The position numbers and the translations under genes were made by a program. From Oligoflexales bacterium (GTDB lineage: Bacteria > Bdellovibrionota_B > Oligoflexia > Oligoflexales > CAIYRB01), in NCBI GenBank assembly GCA_041736175.1, contig JBGSUI010000193.1:17446-81445 (forward strand): 64,000 nucleotides of DNA. The letters run 5' to 3'. Shown here in pieces: positions 37,690-48,487 of this stretch. The notes beneath the pieces were generated by a model. That model saw nothing but the letters and a program-made list of their open reading frames with translations. It searched no databases and was not told the origin of the DNA. The stretch's first letter is position 1. Each line of letters begins with the position of its first letter.

Positions 37690-40600
37690 CTACAGTGCTT
37701 TGAGACTTTTACGAAACACACCCTGGGGATCGACCAGATGGAGAAACCCCTCGCGATTTTCCAGAGAATCCGCCAGATTTGCCTCTGTGGTCGCTCCGAG
37801 GAGATCAGAGCTTAGGCCTCTTTTTTTTCTAAACATCTCGCCAATAGACTCCTCAATCGTCCCCTGACTCGTCAGGGTATGGACTCCTACGTGGCTCGTC
37901 TGGCCAATCCGGTGGGCGCGGTCCGTCGCCTGGTCTTCGACGGCAGGATTCCACCACCGATCAAGATGGATCACACAATCAGCCCCTGTCAGGTTTAACC
38001 CGGTTCCGCCAGCTTTCAGACTTAGGATAAGGATCGGAGCCGGTTGGTTTAGGGACTTGGTCCGACAGGCTGCGTTAAAGTCGTCTACCATCGCTTGGCG
38101 ATGTTCAGGTGACAAACCTCCATGAATCATAGGCGCAAGACTTCCGTGGGCTCCTGATGGGTCTCCTTGTGACACAATCCTCTGAACCATCTCTCCAGCG
38201 GCTAAATACTGGGTGAAAATAAGAATCCCCCGGCACTGGATGATCCGGTCATCGATAAGGTCTCGCAAGACTGCAAGTTTGCCACTGCGCTCAAGCCAAA
38301 CTTCAAATTTTGATTTTTTCAATCCAGATTCCACCTGGTATTTATAAGTCAGCTTTTTGAGCTTTTGGGACCATAGGAACCCTTCATCTTTAGGGATAGA
38401 ATTCTCGTCCTCCTCACCAAAAAACAGCTCGGGATGAATACAAATCTGTTTAAGGTGTAAAATTGCCTTTAAATAGATGGATTTTCTCTGAAACAAGGTG
38501 GTCTTTTCTGCAACCTCGGCCACACACATCTCTATCACTGCTTGGTAGAGAATCTGCTGCTCCTGGGAAAGATCACAGGGAGTATCCTGGTGGATTTTGT
38601 CGGGCAGTCCTAGAGCGACCTGGGGATCAGCCTTAAGCCGCCTTAAGATCAGGGGGTCTAAACAGATCCGTAGGGGTGCTAAAAGTAGTTTTTTTTGTTC
38701 GGAAGAACGGGCTTTTAAAGTATAGGCCGAAAAGCTTTTCTGATCCCCCAAGTAACCAGGATTTAACCAGTCGACAAGTGACCACAGCTCCGCCGCTCGA
38801 TTTTCAACAGGGGTCCCGGTAAGAGCAATACGGTGGCGGCACCTAAGGCGCTTCACTGCGTCAGAGATCTGGGTATGGGCGTTTTTAATCGCATGGGCTT
38901 CGTCTAGGATTACCAAGTTCCAATCGATTTTATAGAGGATGTCCTCATCCAGCCTAAGCCGCGGATAGGTCACCAAAACCACCTCCACAGCATCAGGTAC
39001 CATGCCATCTCGTCCACAGTCTTCGCCCCAGACTGCCACCGAAAGATTGGGGCCAAACTGGCCAAGCTCCCGCAGCCAGTTGAGCTTTAAAGTCTTAGGC
39101 ATCACCACCAAAGACGGTTGGTTACCAGACCCTTCGGCGCGGCTTCTGGTAGCCAGAGATCGCAGCAGTCCTATGGCTTGGATGGTTTTACCGAGGCCCA
39201 TTTCGTCGGCAAGGCACACCCCCAATCCCAATTTAAGGCGCAGATAGGCCCACGCAATCCCATGAATCTGATAAGGCCGCAGGATAGGAATGAGATCGCT
39301 CAGTTTTCCTTTGAGAAGTTGCTGCCCTAAATCCACCAAAGTCTGGTCGTCAATCTGCTTATGGATAGGGGTGACTTTAAGAGAGACCTGCCGCATGTAC
39401 TCCTCCGGCGCCATGGTGGGGAGGTTGGTTTCCTCTAGGGTACGCATCTGGACTTTCCATAGATCCGAGAGACCTAGGTTTTGGAACTTGAGGTAAACCT
39501 TTTTTCTCAGGTCAAATTGATGGGTTTTAGCTAGATACACCTCTTCAGAGACAAACTTATCATTCCCTAGACTGTAAAAACCTGATTTTATTTTTTTTGC
39601 CTTAAACCAGGTTGATTCGTCGATCTCCTCCCCATCGACCTCAAAGTAGGGCCTTGGCTCAAACCGGATATTTCCGACCATTTCCAAGAGACCCGTCGCA
39701 GAGTCTAGGTCAGCGCCTTCGGACCGGAGCCTCCGACTGACCAGATCTAAGAGGAGCTTAAGGTCCATGCCCGCGTATTGTGCATCCAGTGCTTCAAAAC
39801 GCACCCCAAGACCAACTTTACTCGCTTCAAGCTCGACCTCGATGACTCTGAGATTTGGCAGACCTTCATCTGGTATAGCAAGCCTATCTGAAATACTTAG
39901 TTCGAGGGGCGACAGGAGTTTTCCCATAAAACTGGCAAGTAAAGCGAAGACTTCTTCCCACTCCCACGTTTCTGGGTACACCTGGTCTCCAGGTTTCAAT
40001 TCCTTAAAATCAAGATCTACGTCGATTGCTTGTTTGATCAAAAACTCTGGGTTTAAAAATAATTCGGGCATCGTAAACAAACCATAGGCCAGATCAGCAA
40101 TCTGCCACAGGTTTCCAAAGGGCCAGACCCATTGCTGGGACCGATCGTAATAATGAAGTGTTCCTTCCACCAATTCATTTCCCTGCACTCTTTCTATAAG
40201 ATCTCGAAGGGATTCATAGCGATTATCATTGGTGGGAAATTTTTTTTTCCATAAAGACTCCTTAACCGCTGCCACCTCAGGTCTGACCACCATCGGTACA
40301 ATATGGACCTTAGGATTTGAGGATTCGGCAGGGATAGATTCAACAGGCTTATGGGAGGCCAAAGTGAAAATCATGGGCCCCCTTTTGGAATAGGATAGTT
40401 TCCTGTCAAAAGCAAAAGTACCGATAGAATCAGGGCTACACCGGCGTGAAAGAGCCTGAGTGACGATCGCCAAATCTTGTCCAAAAGACCCCAATAAATC
40501 CTGGATCACCGCATCATCCAGCACTTTTTGCCAAATATACAGGTCAATTGCTGTTTTTTTCGCGTCAGACTGAGAATCAATTTCTAGATATTCAAACCGA

Positions 40601-41538
40601 CCTTCCTGGCTAGCGTTTAGCTCTCGGGCTGTCCGACGGTACTCCTGACTCCCTATATCGCTGAGCAACAGCCAACTATCCTCTCCAAAAAAATAGCTCT
40701 TTCGACTCTCATCGCTAATCTCAAGTCCCAATAGCTTGCGAGAGGTGATCAAATTTTTAAGTGAGCTTTCTCGATCCACCATATTTTTAAAATAGGAGGG
40801 CCACTTTAGTAACTTCTTCAAAAAAACGACATCATCTGGCCCCAAATCCGTCGCTAGTTGGGTGGCTTCTTCAGAGGTCACCACAACGAATTTTTTTTCC
40901 TTAAGACTCAGTTCAATTTGGGCATAGAGACTTTGCGTAGTCATAAGTATATCGCGAAACTTCTCAGTAAGAATTCCTGGATTTTCCCCGTCTAAACCTA
41001 ACAAGGTCTCGATAAGCGCGGCATTCGGTGGTAGAACACTCCCCCACAAAATAAAGCTTCGCCAAGTGACTTTTTTTCGGACAGACTCTAGTTGATTTTT
41101 TGCAAGATCTGCATCAAAACATCGCTTCCCCTCCCCTGAATCCTCGCTCAGAATGTGATCGATCACCGTTGTCGACGGAAGAGGTAATTCAGAAGTTAAA
41201 GCCGGATAGCGAAAGCTATATCCTTCAGGTTCTGCCCATGGAACCTGGGGGACCAATTGAGCCAAATTCCCTGATTTCCAGACATCTAGCACCTGGAGTC
41301 TGTAGTCTCCAGAGGATTTCACATTGGTTCCCAAGGCCGACAGAATTGGGACTATAAGCAGCTCGCCAAAGTCGTTGATTCCCCCGTGGAGAGTGAGATC
41401 TTTGATAGTTCTCAAATAGACCTTGTCTGGTGCCGAAGGATTCGTTTTTTCTGGGTGATTGACTGATAAACTTGTAAAATGATTCGTCGCCATTGTTATG
41501 GTTGGTTTCTCCACTTTTTTGTTAAGTGGTTGTTTCAA
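37690..41538 (-). CDS. SNF2/SWI2 family helicase-like ATPase with a long N-terminus
   Basis: LRPYQ, LADEMGLGKT, DEAH, LTGTPVEN, IFTQY, GGTGLNLT, WWNPAVEDQATDRAHRIGQ. Confidence 0.95.
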   Translation of the reverse strand: MKQPLNKKVEKPTITMATNHFTSLSVNHPEKTNPSAPDKVYLRTIKDLTLHGGINDFGELLIVPILSALGTNVKSSGDYRLQVLDVWKSGNLAQLVPQVPWAEPEGYSFRYPALTSELPLPSTTVIDHILSEDSGEGKRCFDADLAKNQLESVRKKVTWRSFILWGSVLPPNAALIETLLGLDGENPGILTEKFRDILMTTQSLYAQIELSLKEKKFVVVTSEEATQLATDLGPDDVVFLKKLLKWPSYFKNMVDRESSLKNLITSRKLLGLEISDESRKSYFFGEDSWLLLSDIGSQEYRRTARELNASQEGRFEYLEIDSQSDAKKTAIDLYIWQKVLDDAVIQDLLGSFGQDLAIVTQALSRRCSPDSIGTFAFDRKLSYSKRGPMIFTLASHKPVESIPAESSNPKVHIVPMVVRPEVAAVKESLWKKKFPTNDNRYESLRDLIERVQGNELVEGTLHYYDRSQQWVWPFGNLWQIADLAYGLFTMPELFLNPEFLIKQAIDVDLDFKELKPGDQVYPETWEWEEVFALLASFMGKLLSPLELSISDRLAIPDEGLPNLRVIEVELEASKVGLGVRFEALDAQYAGMDLKLLLDLVSRRLRSEGADLDSATGLLEMVGNIRFEPRPYFEVDGEEIDESTWFKAKKIKSGFYSLGNDKFVSEEVYLAKTHQFDLRKKVYLKFQNLGLSDLWKVQMRTLEETNLPTMAPEEYMRQVSLKVTPIHKQIDDQTLVDLGQQLLKGKLSDLIPILRPYQIHGIAWAYLRLKLGLGVCLADEMGLGKTIQAIGLLRSLATRSRAEGSGNQPSLVVMPKTLKLNWLRELGQFGPNLSVAVWGEDCGRDGMVPDAVEVVLVTYPRLRLDEDILYKIDWNLVILDEAHAIKNAHTQISDAVKRLRCRHRIALTGTPVENRAAELWSLVDWLNPGYLGDQKSFSAYTLKARSSEQKKLLLAPLRICLDPLILRRLKADPQVALGLPDKIHQDTPCDLSQEQQILYQAVIEMCVAEVAEKTTLFQRKSIYLKAILHLKQICIHPELFFGEEDENSIPKDEGFLWSQKLKKLTYKYQVESGLKKSKFEVWLERSGKLAVLRDLIDDRIIQCRGILIFTQYLAAGEMVQRIVSQGDPSGAHGSLAPMIHGGLSPEHRQAMVDDFNAACRTKSLNQPAPILILSLKAGGTGLNLTGADCVIHLDRWWNPAVEDQATDRAHRIGQTSHVGVHTLTSQGTIEESIGEMFRKKRGLSSDLLGATTEANLADSLENREGFLHLVDPQGVFRKSLKAL

Positions 41539-41645
41539 AGGTGCATTTTAGTCGTCACAAATCTCGTTTAAGTACGCACCTTTTAACAAAAACCAACATA
41601 TTTGCCAAGTCAGTTTGGCTCCTAAATGGGACTTACGGACCCATG

Positions 41646-42098
41646 CTATCTTCGAGCCTCGCTGCCAGGGCTTTTCGATGGAGTTTGGTGCTTAGACTGA
41701 GAATAAAGCCCCCAAGTGCATTCTTCAAAGTTATAAACGACCCAGTCATAGTTGATACCAGCTCTTAAAAAGCCCTCCGTAAGGAAACCTCGCGCCCTCT
41801 GGAGCTGCTTTTGAAACTTATTGCGGTAGGTTCTTCTGATTTTGGGGGGATAACAGTCAATGTCCTCAATCCCGCTGAGTTTTGCTATGATCTGACGCAG
41901 GCCCATGGAATGATTTTCGGCGTTTATCAATATGTTTACGACCTTTAGGATTTGGCGCCTCGACCCAATATTAAGGGACACCCCTTGAAACCAAAGCTGG
42001 TCGCCATAGAGTCTTATGGGGGGATTTTCCTTTTGATAACGGAGTGCGGATTCTAAAAAATGATCCTCCCCAAACTTATGACTAATTTCCTCATTCAT
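41646..42098 (-). CDS. Putative winged-helix (OmpR C-terminal-like) DNA-binding protein
   Basis: Beta strands, then helices RRQILKVVNILI...LRQII...KQLQRAR, then a terminal hairpin; RBS AAGGAG. Confidence 0.5.
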   Translation of the reverse strand: MNEEISHKFGEDHFLESALRYQKENPPIRLYGDQLWFQGVSLNIGSRRQILKVVNILINAENHSMGLRQIIAKLSGIEDIDCYPPKIRRTYRNKFQKQLQRARGFLTEGFLRAGINYDWVVYNFEECTWGLYSQSKHQTPSKSPGSEARR

Positions 42099-42292
42099 AA
42101 CGACTCTCCTTAAAAAAACTATTGTTTACACTTCCTCCCGCAAGTCTACCTGCCTGCTTTTGGATGGGCCCGAAATTGTCATAGGGTCTTTGATTTGTCA
42201 ACACAGACCATAATCAAACACGAGTTTGTCTTTCGTGCTTGCAAGAAGCTGATTTAATTGATTTAAGTCTATGTACCAGTCCAAATAATGGT

Positions 42293-45200
42293 CTATGACT
42301 CTAACAAAAAGTCTAAGTCGTCCACAGTTAGCTTAGAAAGAAAACTAGTATCTGCAGTAATAATGGCATCCGCTAAAGAACGTTTTTGTGCCTGAAGTTC
42401 TAAGATTTTTTCTTCGATGGTTCCCTTAGCGATCATCTTATAGGCAAACACTGTTTTAGTTTGACCCATACGATGGGCCCGGTCGATCGCTTGGGACTCA
42501 GCAGCAGGATTCCACCAGGGGTCGAGGATAAAGCAGTTTTCTGCTGCTGTGAGGTTAAGGCCGAGACCTCCTGCCTTTAAGCTAATCAAAAACAACGAAC
42601 AGTCTGGATCTGTTTGGAACCTCTCCACACAAGCCGAGCGGTTACGGGTCTGACCATCCAGATATTCATAGTTGATCTTAGATTTATTGAGCCGGCTGCG
42701 TACGATATGAAGAAACGATACAAATGATGAAAACACTAGAGTTTTATGTCCACCAGCCAGCGTCGACTCGATCTGTTCCATCAGGAGATCCAGTTTAGCA
42801 CTCGATTCATGACTTCGATTTTTATCGATCAGTCCAGGGTGGCAGGCTGCCTGCCTGAGGCGAAGTAGAGCCTCTAATATATGAAACGTAGAGCGGCTAA
42901 GTCCTTGGGCTTTAATCGATCCACTAATTTTAAGCCGGTAGTGGTCCCGAAGGCTGGCGTATTCTTTAAGCTGTTTTGCAGACAAATCGCAGTAGAGAGT
43001 CGATTCCACTTTTTCTGGCAGATCTTTTAAAACTTGACCTTTAGTCCGGCGCAACATAAAAGGCCGAATCACCCGCGAAAGAGACTTGATAAGTTCTGGA
43101 GAGGGTTCTTTGTCTCGGGCAAAAATCTCTTGAAACTGCTTTTTGCTACCGAGCATCCCTGGGTTGATAAACTCAAAGATCGACCCTAACTCACTGACGT
43201 TGTTTTCAATAGGAGTCCCTGACAAAGCTAGACGGTTCTGCCCCTTCAGGGAACAGGCCGCTCGGGTGGTCAAGGAATCATGGTTTTTGATCATCTGTGC
43301 TTCGTCTAGGATTACATAATTGAAAGTCGATTTTCTAAAGTGGTTTATATCAATCCGCATGGTGGCATAGGTGGTAATGACTAGATCAAATTCAAGTAGT
43401 CTTTTTAAGTTTTCACGACGGTCGAGCCCCGCATAAACCAAAACCTTTAGGTCTGGTGCAAACCGAGCAGCTTCATCAGCCCAATTGTGAAGCAAACTTT
43501 TCGGCACCACAATCAGAGTGCTGGCCATTTTAAGGTTGGCACCTCCATCGACTTTAAGTCGATGGAGCATGGCCAGGACCTGGACGGTTTTACCAAGTCC
43601 CATGTCGTCGGCGAGGCAGCCACCGAATTGAAACTGATTTAAAAACCGCAGCCATCCTAGCCCCTCCTCTTGGTAGGGACGAAGTTGCCCTTCAAACCCG
43701 TGGGCAGGACTTTCGGCCTGGATACCGTTAAAGCTTCTAAACTGATCGCGTATTCGAAAAAAATCTCGGTGGGATTCGATTCCTGAGTGTCCCTCGACAA
43801 GAGCATCGAGAAGGAGTGCCTGGGTCCTATGAAACCTCAGACTTCGTTTGCGGTGCGGCGAGGCAAAAGCAGCAAGTCCTCCACAGTCTTTAAGCCATTT
43901 TTCAGGGAGGAGGCCAACCGTCCCGTCGTTAAGGCGTACAAAAAAGTCACCTTGCTTATAAGCTGCTAAAATCTTGGGTAAGCCAATATCATGGGTATCA
44001 TAGGTGACCTCCGCTTCCAGCTCAAACCAGTCGATTCCCGAGCTACGGACTTTTCCTTTAAATGCGCCAGGAATTCTGATTCTTTTGCCTTCGGCTAGCA
44101 CATCCCAGCCGCGGTCGGAAAAATGCTGCACAAGCTCAGAGAGATGACTTCGGTCAATCTCCAAATGCCCCTGGATGCGCGTTGTGGAAGGGAGCACCCC
44201 AGGTTCCCCAAGAACCTCCTTAAAAAAAGCTTTTTCTTGGTCGCGGTCACGCCTTAAAAACTGCCGCTGGCTAGGCAAATACCAGCCTTCTTGGGGCGCC
44301 CCCCCAGGATCGAATTGGTCTGGATCAGCAAAGTCTGAGGGAGCTTCGACCACAAACTGTTGGTCATAGGCAAAGTGCAATGTCCCTGGGATTTTAGATT
44401 CATGTTGGTCAGGTTGAAACAGTACTAAACACGGTTTAGGAGTCCCAAGGACCTCTGCCCATTTAAGCTCGTCAGGCACCGAAATAGGAATTTCCTGAGA
44501 CACCTGATGAAGCCATGCAATCACAGAATTTAAGTCCTGTTGTTGCACAACAATGGTCTCTCGGACCTCCCTGAGATGAGTCAACACCGCATCTGCTGCT
44601 GGGGAAATCGACTCCATAGGGGCGACCTTATCGCCTAGAATGACGAGACCTGTACGGAGCACCAACCTTGCTTTCTTGATATCATAAAGTCTTGAAGATC
44701 CCACAAGATGGGCTCCAAGGACATAGGTTCTATTGCGGGTGTTTGCGGCGTCGTGGGTGTTATGGATGTTACCGGGTTCTAGGACCACCCTCGCTTGATA
44801 GGTTTCACTGTTATCCCAGCGCAGTTGGATCATTTCTGGACTCGGCAAATGGGCAGAGTTTCGCCTTGTGGTCAGGGTAGTCGGCTTGAGGAGGAGTCGG
44901 CCCGTGCGAGCCGCCATGGGGAGCAAAGTGTTGGCAAAAGTATGAACTACCTGAAAGGATTCAAACTTCATGGTTTGTCTTGAGTGAATTGCCCCTATAG
45001 AGGGCACTGTTCCCATGAGGGTCTCAAGGATCTCAACATCATTTTTAAATTCCTCTATGTCTTGAAACTTATTTATCTTATGGTGATTGATACTAAGACT
45101 TTTCAGTACCCCCCAATCACCTGTCGAGCGCCGTTCGCGCTGCATAAGCTGCAGTTCTAGAAAACCACTTTTTGCAAAACTCGCTTCGTCTAAACTATAA

Positions 45201-45430
45201 AATAGTTCCCTTTGCAACGGTTGATCCTGCACCTGGAATTTGCTTTTAAGAGTCATAAGCAGCGTGAGTTGGCTCTGCTGTTCGCTCCAGGACGAGACGC
45301 TGATTCTAGGGGCCTGTGATCTTCCTTGGCGGGTTCGTCCCCCGACGAGCTTCTGTTTTAAGATTCCCGATTTTTCCTTTTCCAAAATCGTCTCTTCACA
45401 CACATTCTTGCCCCGTTTGCTCAAATTCAT
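42293..45430 (-). CDS. SNF2/SWI2 family helicase-like ATPase
   Basis: LRPYQ, LADDMGLGKT, DEAQ, LSGTPIEN, GGLGLNLTAA, WWNPAAESQAIDRAHRMGQ. Confidence 0.95.
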   Translation of the reverse strand: MNLSKRGKNVCEETILEKEKSGILKQKLVGGRTRQGRSQAPRISVSSWSEQQSQLTLLMTLKSKFQVQDQPLQRELFYSLDEASFAKSGFLELQLMQRERRSTGDWGVLKSLSINHHKINKFQDIEEFKNDVEILETLMGTVPSIGAIHSRQTMKFESFQVVHTFANTLLPMAARTGRLLLKPTTLTTRRNSAHLPSPEMIQLRWDNSETYQARVVLEPGNIHNTHDAANTRNRTYVLGAHLVGSSRLYDIKKARLVLRTGLVILGDKVAPMESISPAADAVLTHLREVRETIVVQQQDLNSVIAWLHQVSQEIPISVPDELKWAEVLGTPKPCLVLFQPDQHESKIPGTLHFAYDQQFVVEAPSDFADPDQFDPGGAPQEGWYLPSQRQFLRRDRDQEKAFFKEVLGEPGVLPSTTRIQGHLEIDRSHLSELVQHFSDRGWDVLAEGKRIRIPGAFKGKVRSSGIDWFELEAEVTYDTHDIGLPKILAAYKQGDFFVRLNDGTVGLLPEKWLKDCGGLAAFASPHRKRSLRFHRTQALLLDALVEGHSGIESHRDFFRIRDQFRSFNGIQAESPAHGFEGQLRPYQEEGLGWLRFLNQFQFGGCLADDMGLGKTVQVLAMLHRLKVDGGANLKMASTLIVVPKSLLHNWADEAARFAPDLKVLVYAGLDRRENLKRLLEFDLVITTYATMRIDINHFRKSTFNYVILDEAQMIKNHDSLTTRAACSLKGQNRLALSGTPIENNVSELGSIFEFINPGMLGSKKQFQEIFARDKEPSPELIKSLSRVIRPFMLRRTKGQVLKDLPEKVESTLYCDLSAKQLKEYASLRDHYRLKISGSIKAQGLSRSTFHILEALLRLRQAACHPGLIDKNRSHESSAKLDLLMEQIESTLAGGHKTLVFSSFVSFLHIVRSRLNKSKINYEYLDGQTRNRSACVERFQTDPDCSLFLISLKAGGLGLNLTAAENCFILDPWWNPAAESQAIDRAHRMGQTKTVFAYKMIAKGTIEEKILELQAQKRSLADAIITADTSFLSKLTVDDLDFLLES

Positions 45431-45482
45431 TTTCTAATTTCCCATCAAAATCATATAAAGACAGCGATCGAAAGATCTCTTG

Positions 45483-47789
45483 CTACAGGCTTGCCTCACT
45501 CGATAACTTGGCTTTCCAGCGTGAGATTTCTCCAAAGAGCTTCGCTTTTTGCTCTTTGAGGACAGCCTCCTTCGTCAAGATGAGTTTGTGTGGGCTACCC
45601 TCAGCCAATGTGACCTTGGTCACTGGGACCGCGAGTTTCTCAAGCTCAACACTCACATGTTCTCGACGACATTTTATCAACTTAAAGATCTGAATAGAAA
45701 GTTCCCCTGAACTTAGAAACTTGTTGAGCTTTTTACAGTCCTCACAGGAGCATGTAGCCGCTTCGAATAGACTCCAATCATGTTGAACATCTTTGAGGCG
45801 ACTTGTATCGATTTCCAAAAGACGAGACACCTCATCCTTGAGAAACGGGGTCAAAAACGGATGTCGGTCCACCAACTGCGCGAGTTCGATGCTGCCAAAA
45901 ATCTTGGGATAGCTGCGGAGCTGCTCTAAAAATTTATCCCCATACATAGCAAAGAGCCGCTGATCACCTGCGAGGTTTTTTGCAAACAATGCTGCTTTAT
46001 CCATCATTTCTTTTTGATGTTGTTTGATTGTGAGCGGGGAGGCATCTGCTTTATGGGTCAGTACTTCAGCAAATTCATCGAGTTCGTGGTCGAAAATCCA
46101 TTGTGCAAGCTCAGGGGACCATCGAGAGATCTCCTCTAGGTGAAAAAGCCCTTGATAGAGTGGGGCTTTGTACCATGCCTTGCGACTTGACTCAGGACCT
46201 CCGAGAAAAAGATTTTGCAGCCAATCCAGTCCATAGGTCTTTTGGAGGGACTGGAGCAACTTCAAAGATTCCTCTTGCAGCAAGAGATGGATATGGCCCT
46301 GTAAAGCCATACTAGCTAGCTCCGGGTCTTTGAGCTCCATTGCCATGTCAGCGAGATCTTGAGGGATTGATTTACTAGGGTGACCAACAGATTGGAGCAA
46401 CTTTTCAATATAGATCTCTTTGTGTTTCCAACTCCTAAACTCCCCTGAGTTAATAGCCTCGCGCAGTTTTTTAAATGCTAGGTCGGGGGATATGCCAAAT
46501 TGGAAGCAAAGATCCATAGACTGAGGCCAAACAACCAATGCACAGCGATGATACCATCGATCTAGAGTATTGCCGTAGTTACCCATATAACCTTCAAACT
46601 CTGTCTCATAGGGCTCAAAGTGATTGGTATCAAGGTGGGTGAAATAACAATCATTGGACGGATCAAACCGCTTCATTGAAAAAGTCTGACCCTGGCGATC
46701 AATCCAGTGGTTAAACATATATTCTATGTCGACCATGTCGTTGATCTCGTAGCTTCCATCCCCCGAAGTACGACCTCGGTAAGAAGACTTCCGGGAATAC
46801 CGCTCGTAATACCCGCTCCCATCATCGCCACTTTCATGGGCATCGTGGGTCGTTTTAACGTCTACGAGGGACAGAGAAAAAATCAGGTCCAGTTCCTTTT
46901 CGCTTTCCAAAAAGGTTTTTACAATCTCCCGATCCTGACCTTTAAGACCCTCCCAACCCAAACTAGCCTGGGTATACTCGTGGTCCAAGAAAAAAACCAA
47001 AGGCTTTAGCTTCTTTCTATTTGAATAGGATGACACCGAGGGTGTCGCAAAATACTTCTGTAATACCGGTGATAAAGATCCTGTTAGGACTCGTTTCGGC
47101 TCTAGCTTTTCTTGTGCTGCTATCACATTAAAGGTCAGCGCAAGACGGTAGCCGCTCGAAATCCGCTTAATTTCATGGACGCAATCTGTATAAAACAACA
47201 CCCCGAGGGCCTGAGAATTTTCCCAAGAATTGGGTTTAAAGGATGCACTCATGCCCTTATGACTCACCACCAACTCACCGCCACCATAGGTTGTGGGTAA
47301 AATCACGACTAGGGTTGCAATCATCTGATCTTTTTTTTCAGAATCCTGATGTTTGGCAAAAAACTGGCCCTTTTCGTAATACAGGAGGTTATGAAGCTCA
47401 AAGTTAATATTGTCGGAACTGATTCCGAGTTGAGCGCTCATCTTCTTCAACTCAGCTTTTAGGGACTGTGACCATTTTTCGCCCGAGAGGGTCACGATCT
47501 CCCTTGAAAACTCCCAAGTATTTCTGACCCCTGGGTCTAAAAGAGTCTTTTCCCGGCAACCAAAGGACGCGGTGACTCCCAACTTGACAAGTTCTCGACG
47601 ACTTTTCGGCGTCATAGCAGTCGTGACATGGAACTGGTCACCTACAGTGATCTTTAAATCCTCTAGGGGTATGGTACACGAGGCCGTAAAATCGGCTGCC
47701 GTTTTCACTTTTAAATCACTTAAGATACCTCTGAGATCTTGGGCAATACTGGTCACTCTTGAGCCCCCCATTTGATGTGGTTCACCCAA
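45483..47789 (-). CDS. Large 2OG-Fe(II) oxygenase family protein
   Basis: YEKGQFFAKHQDSEK (HxD), GGELVVSH, HEIKRISSGYRLALTFN (distal His, Arg); EGYMGNYGNTLDRWYHR; C-terminal CSCEDC. Confidence 0.9.
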   Translation of the reverse strand: MGEPHQMGGSRVTSIAQDLRGILSDLKVKTAADFTASCTIPLEDLKITVGDQFHVTTAMTPKSRRELVKLGVTASFGCREKTLLDPGVRNTWEFSREIVTLSGEKWSQSLKAELKKMSAQLGISSDNINFELHNLLYYEKGQFFAKHQDSEKKDQMIATLVVILPTTYGGGELVVSHKGMSASFKPNSWENSQALGVLFYTDCVHEIKRISSGYRLALTFNVIAAQEKLEPKRVLTGSLSPVLQKYFATPSVSSYSNRKKLKPLVFFLDHEYTQASLGWEGLKGQDREIVKTFLESEKELDLIFSLSLVDVKTTHDAHESGDDGSGYYERYSRKSSYRGRTSGDGSYEINDMVDIEYMFNHWIDRQGQTFSMKRFDPSNDCYFTHLDTNHFEPYETEFEGYMGNYGNTLDRWYHRCALVVWPQSMDLCFQFGISPDLAFKKLREAINSGEFRSWKHKEIYIEKLLQSVGHPSKSIPQDLADMAMELKDPELASMALQGHIHLLLQEESLKLLQSLQKTYGLDWLQNLFLGGPESSRKAWYKAPLYQGLFHLEEISRWSPELAQWIFDHELDEFAEVLTHKADASPLTIKQHQKEMMDKAALFAKNLAGDQRLFAMYGDKFLEQLRSYPKIFGSIELAQLVDRHPFLTPFLKDEVSRLLEIDTSRLKDVQHDWSLFEAATCSCEDCKKLNKFLSSGELSIQIFKLIKCRREHVSVELEKLAVPVTKVTLAEGSPHKLILTKEAVLKEQKAKLFGEISRWKAKLSSEASL

Positions 47790-47882
47790 GGATGTATGAG
47801 GTTACGCCCAAATTATCAAGTTAATTTGCTCCTGGGAGGAGCACTTTCTGTGCTGGGTAGTCCCTTTCCGATATCCCAAAAA

Positions 47883-48449
47883 TCATCCCATGATGACGCA
47901 TCTAAGAGGGATACCCTTGAACAAGTCTCTCCAGGGAGTGGTTTTCCCTCCGCTCTTCAGGCGACGATATTCCACCATGATCTTTTTGCCCGCAGCACAC
48001 TCTGGGCAACAGGTGCATGAGGCTCTTACATCAAGTGACTTATATTTGGAATAGGCGCCCTCCGGTAAGGTGAGGTTCCGAGACTGGATGATCACGGGTG
48101 CAGTTCCCAAACCGATATTTGGCTTTGCTGCTTTAACAGCCAGGTAGTTTTTGGCATTACAACCACCAGCAGTTGCGTTAAATCGACATTCTTTGACCAA
48201 AAGACTGCCGCCGGTATCTGGTCCCCAAATCGTATCGGGGCAGCTCATGGTCGTGATGAGTTCATCCCGAAGCGAAATCAACTCCTCGTCTTCCACAGAC
48301 ATCCGCTGTTGGCTATTAAATAAGTCCATAAACAACGATCCCGCATAAAGTAATGTCGAAAACACGCCTAACGCTACCATCATCTCAATAAGACTAAGGC
48401 CAGACGTACCTGATGGAAAAATCTTTCTCTTGCCTTTATTTGTTGCCAT
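47883..48449 (-). CDS. Prepilin-type (class III signal) minor pilin/pseudopilin
   Basis: SG|LSLIEMMVALGVF; Cys-rich C-terminus; RBS AAGGAG. Confidence 0.8.
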   Translation of the reverse strand: MATNKGKRKIFPSGTSGLSLIEMMVALGVFSTLLYAGSLFMDLFNSQQRMSVEDEELISLRDELITTMSCPDTIWGPDTGGSLLVKECRFNATAGGCNAKNYLAVKAAKPNIGLGTAPVIIQSRNLTLPEGAYSKYKSLDVRASCTCCPECAAGKKIMVEYRRLKSGGKTTPWRDLFKGIPLRCVIMG

Positions 48450-48487
48450 GTTCTTGACTCCTTATATTAGATTTATGTTTAAATAAC

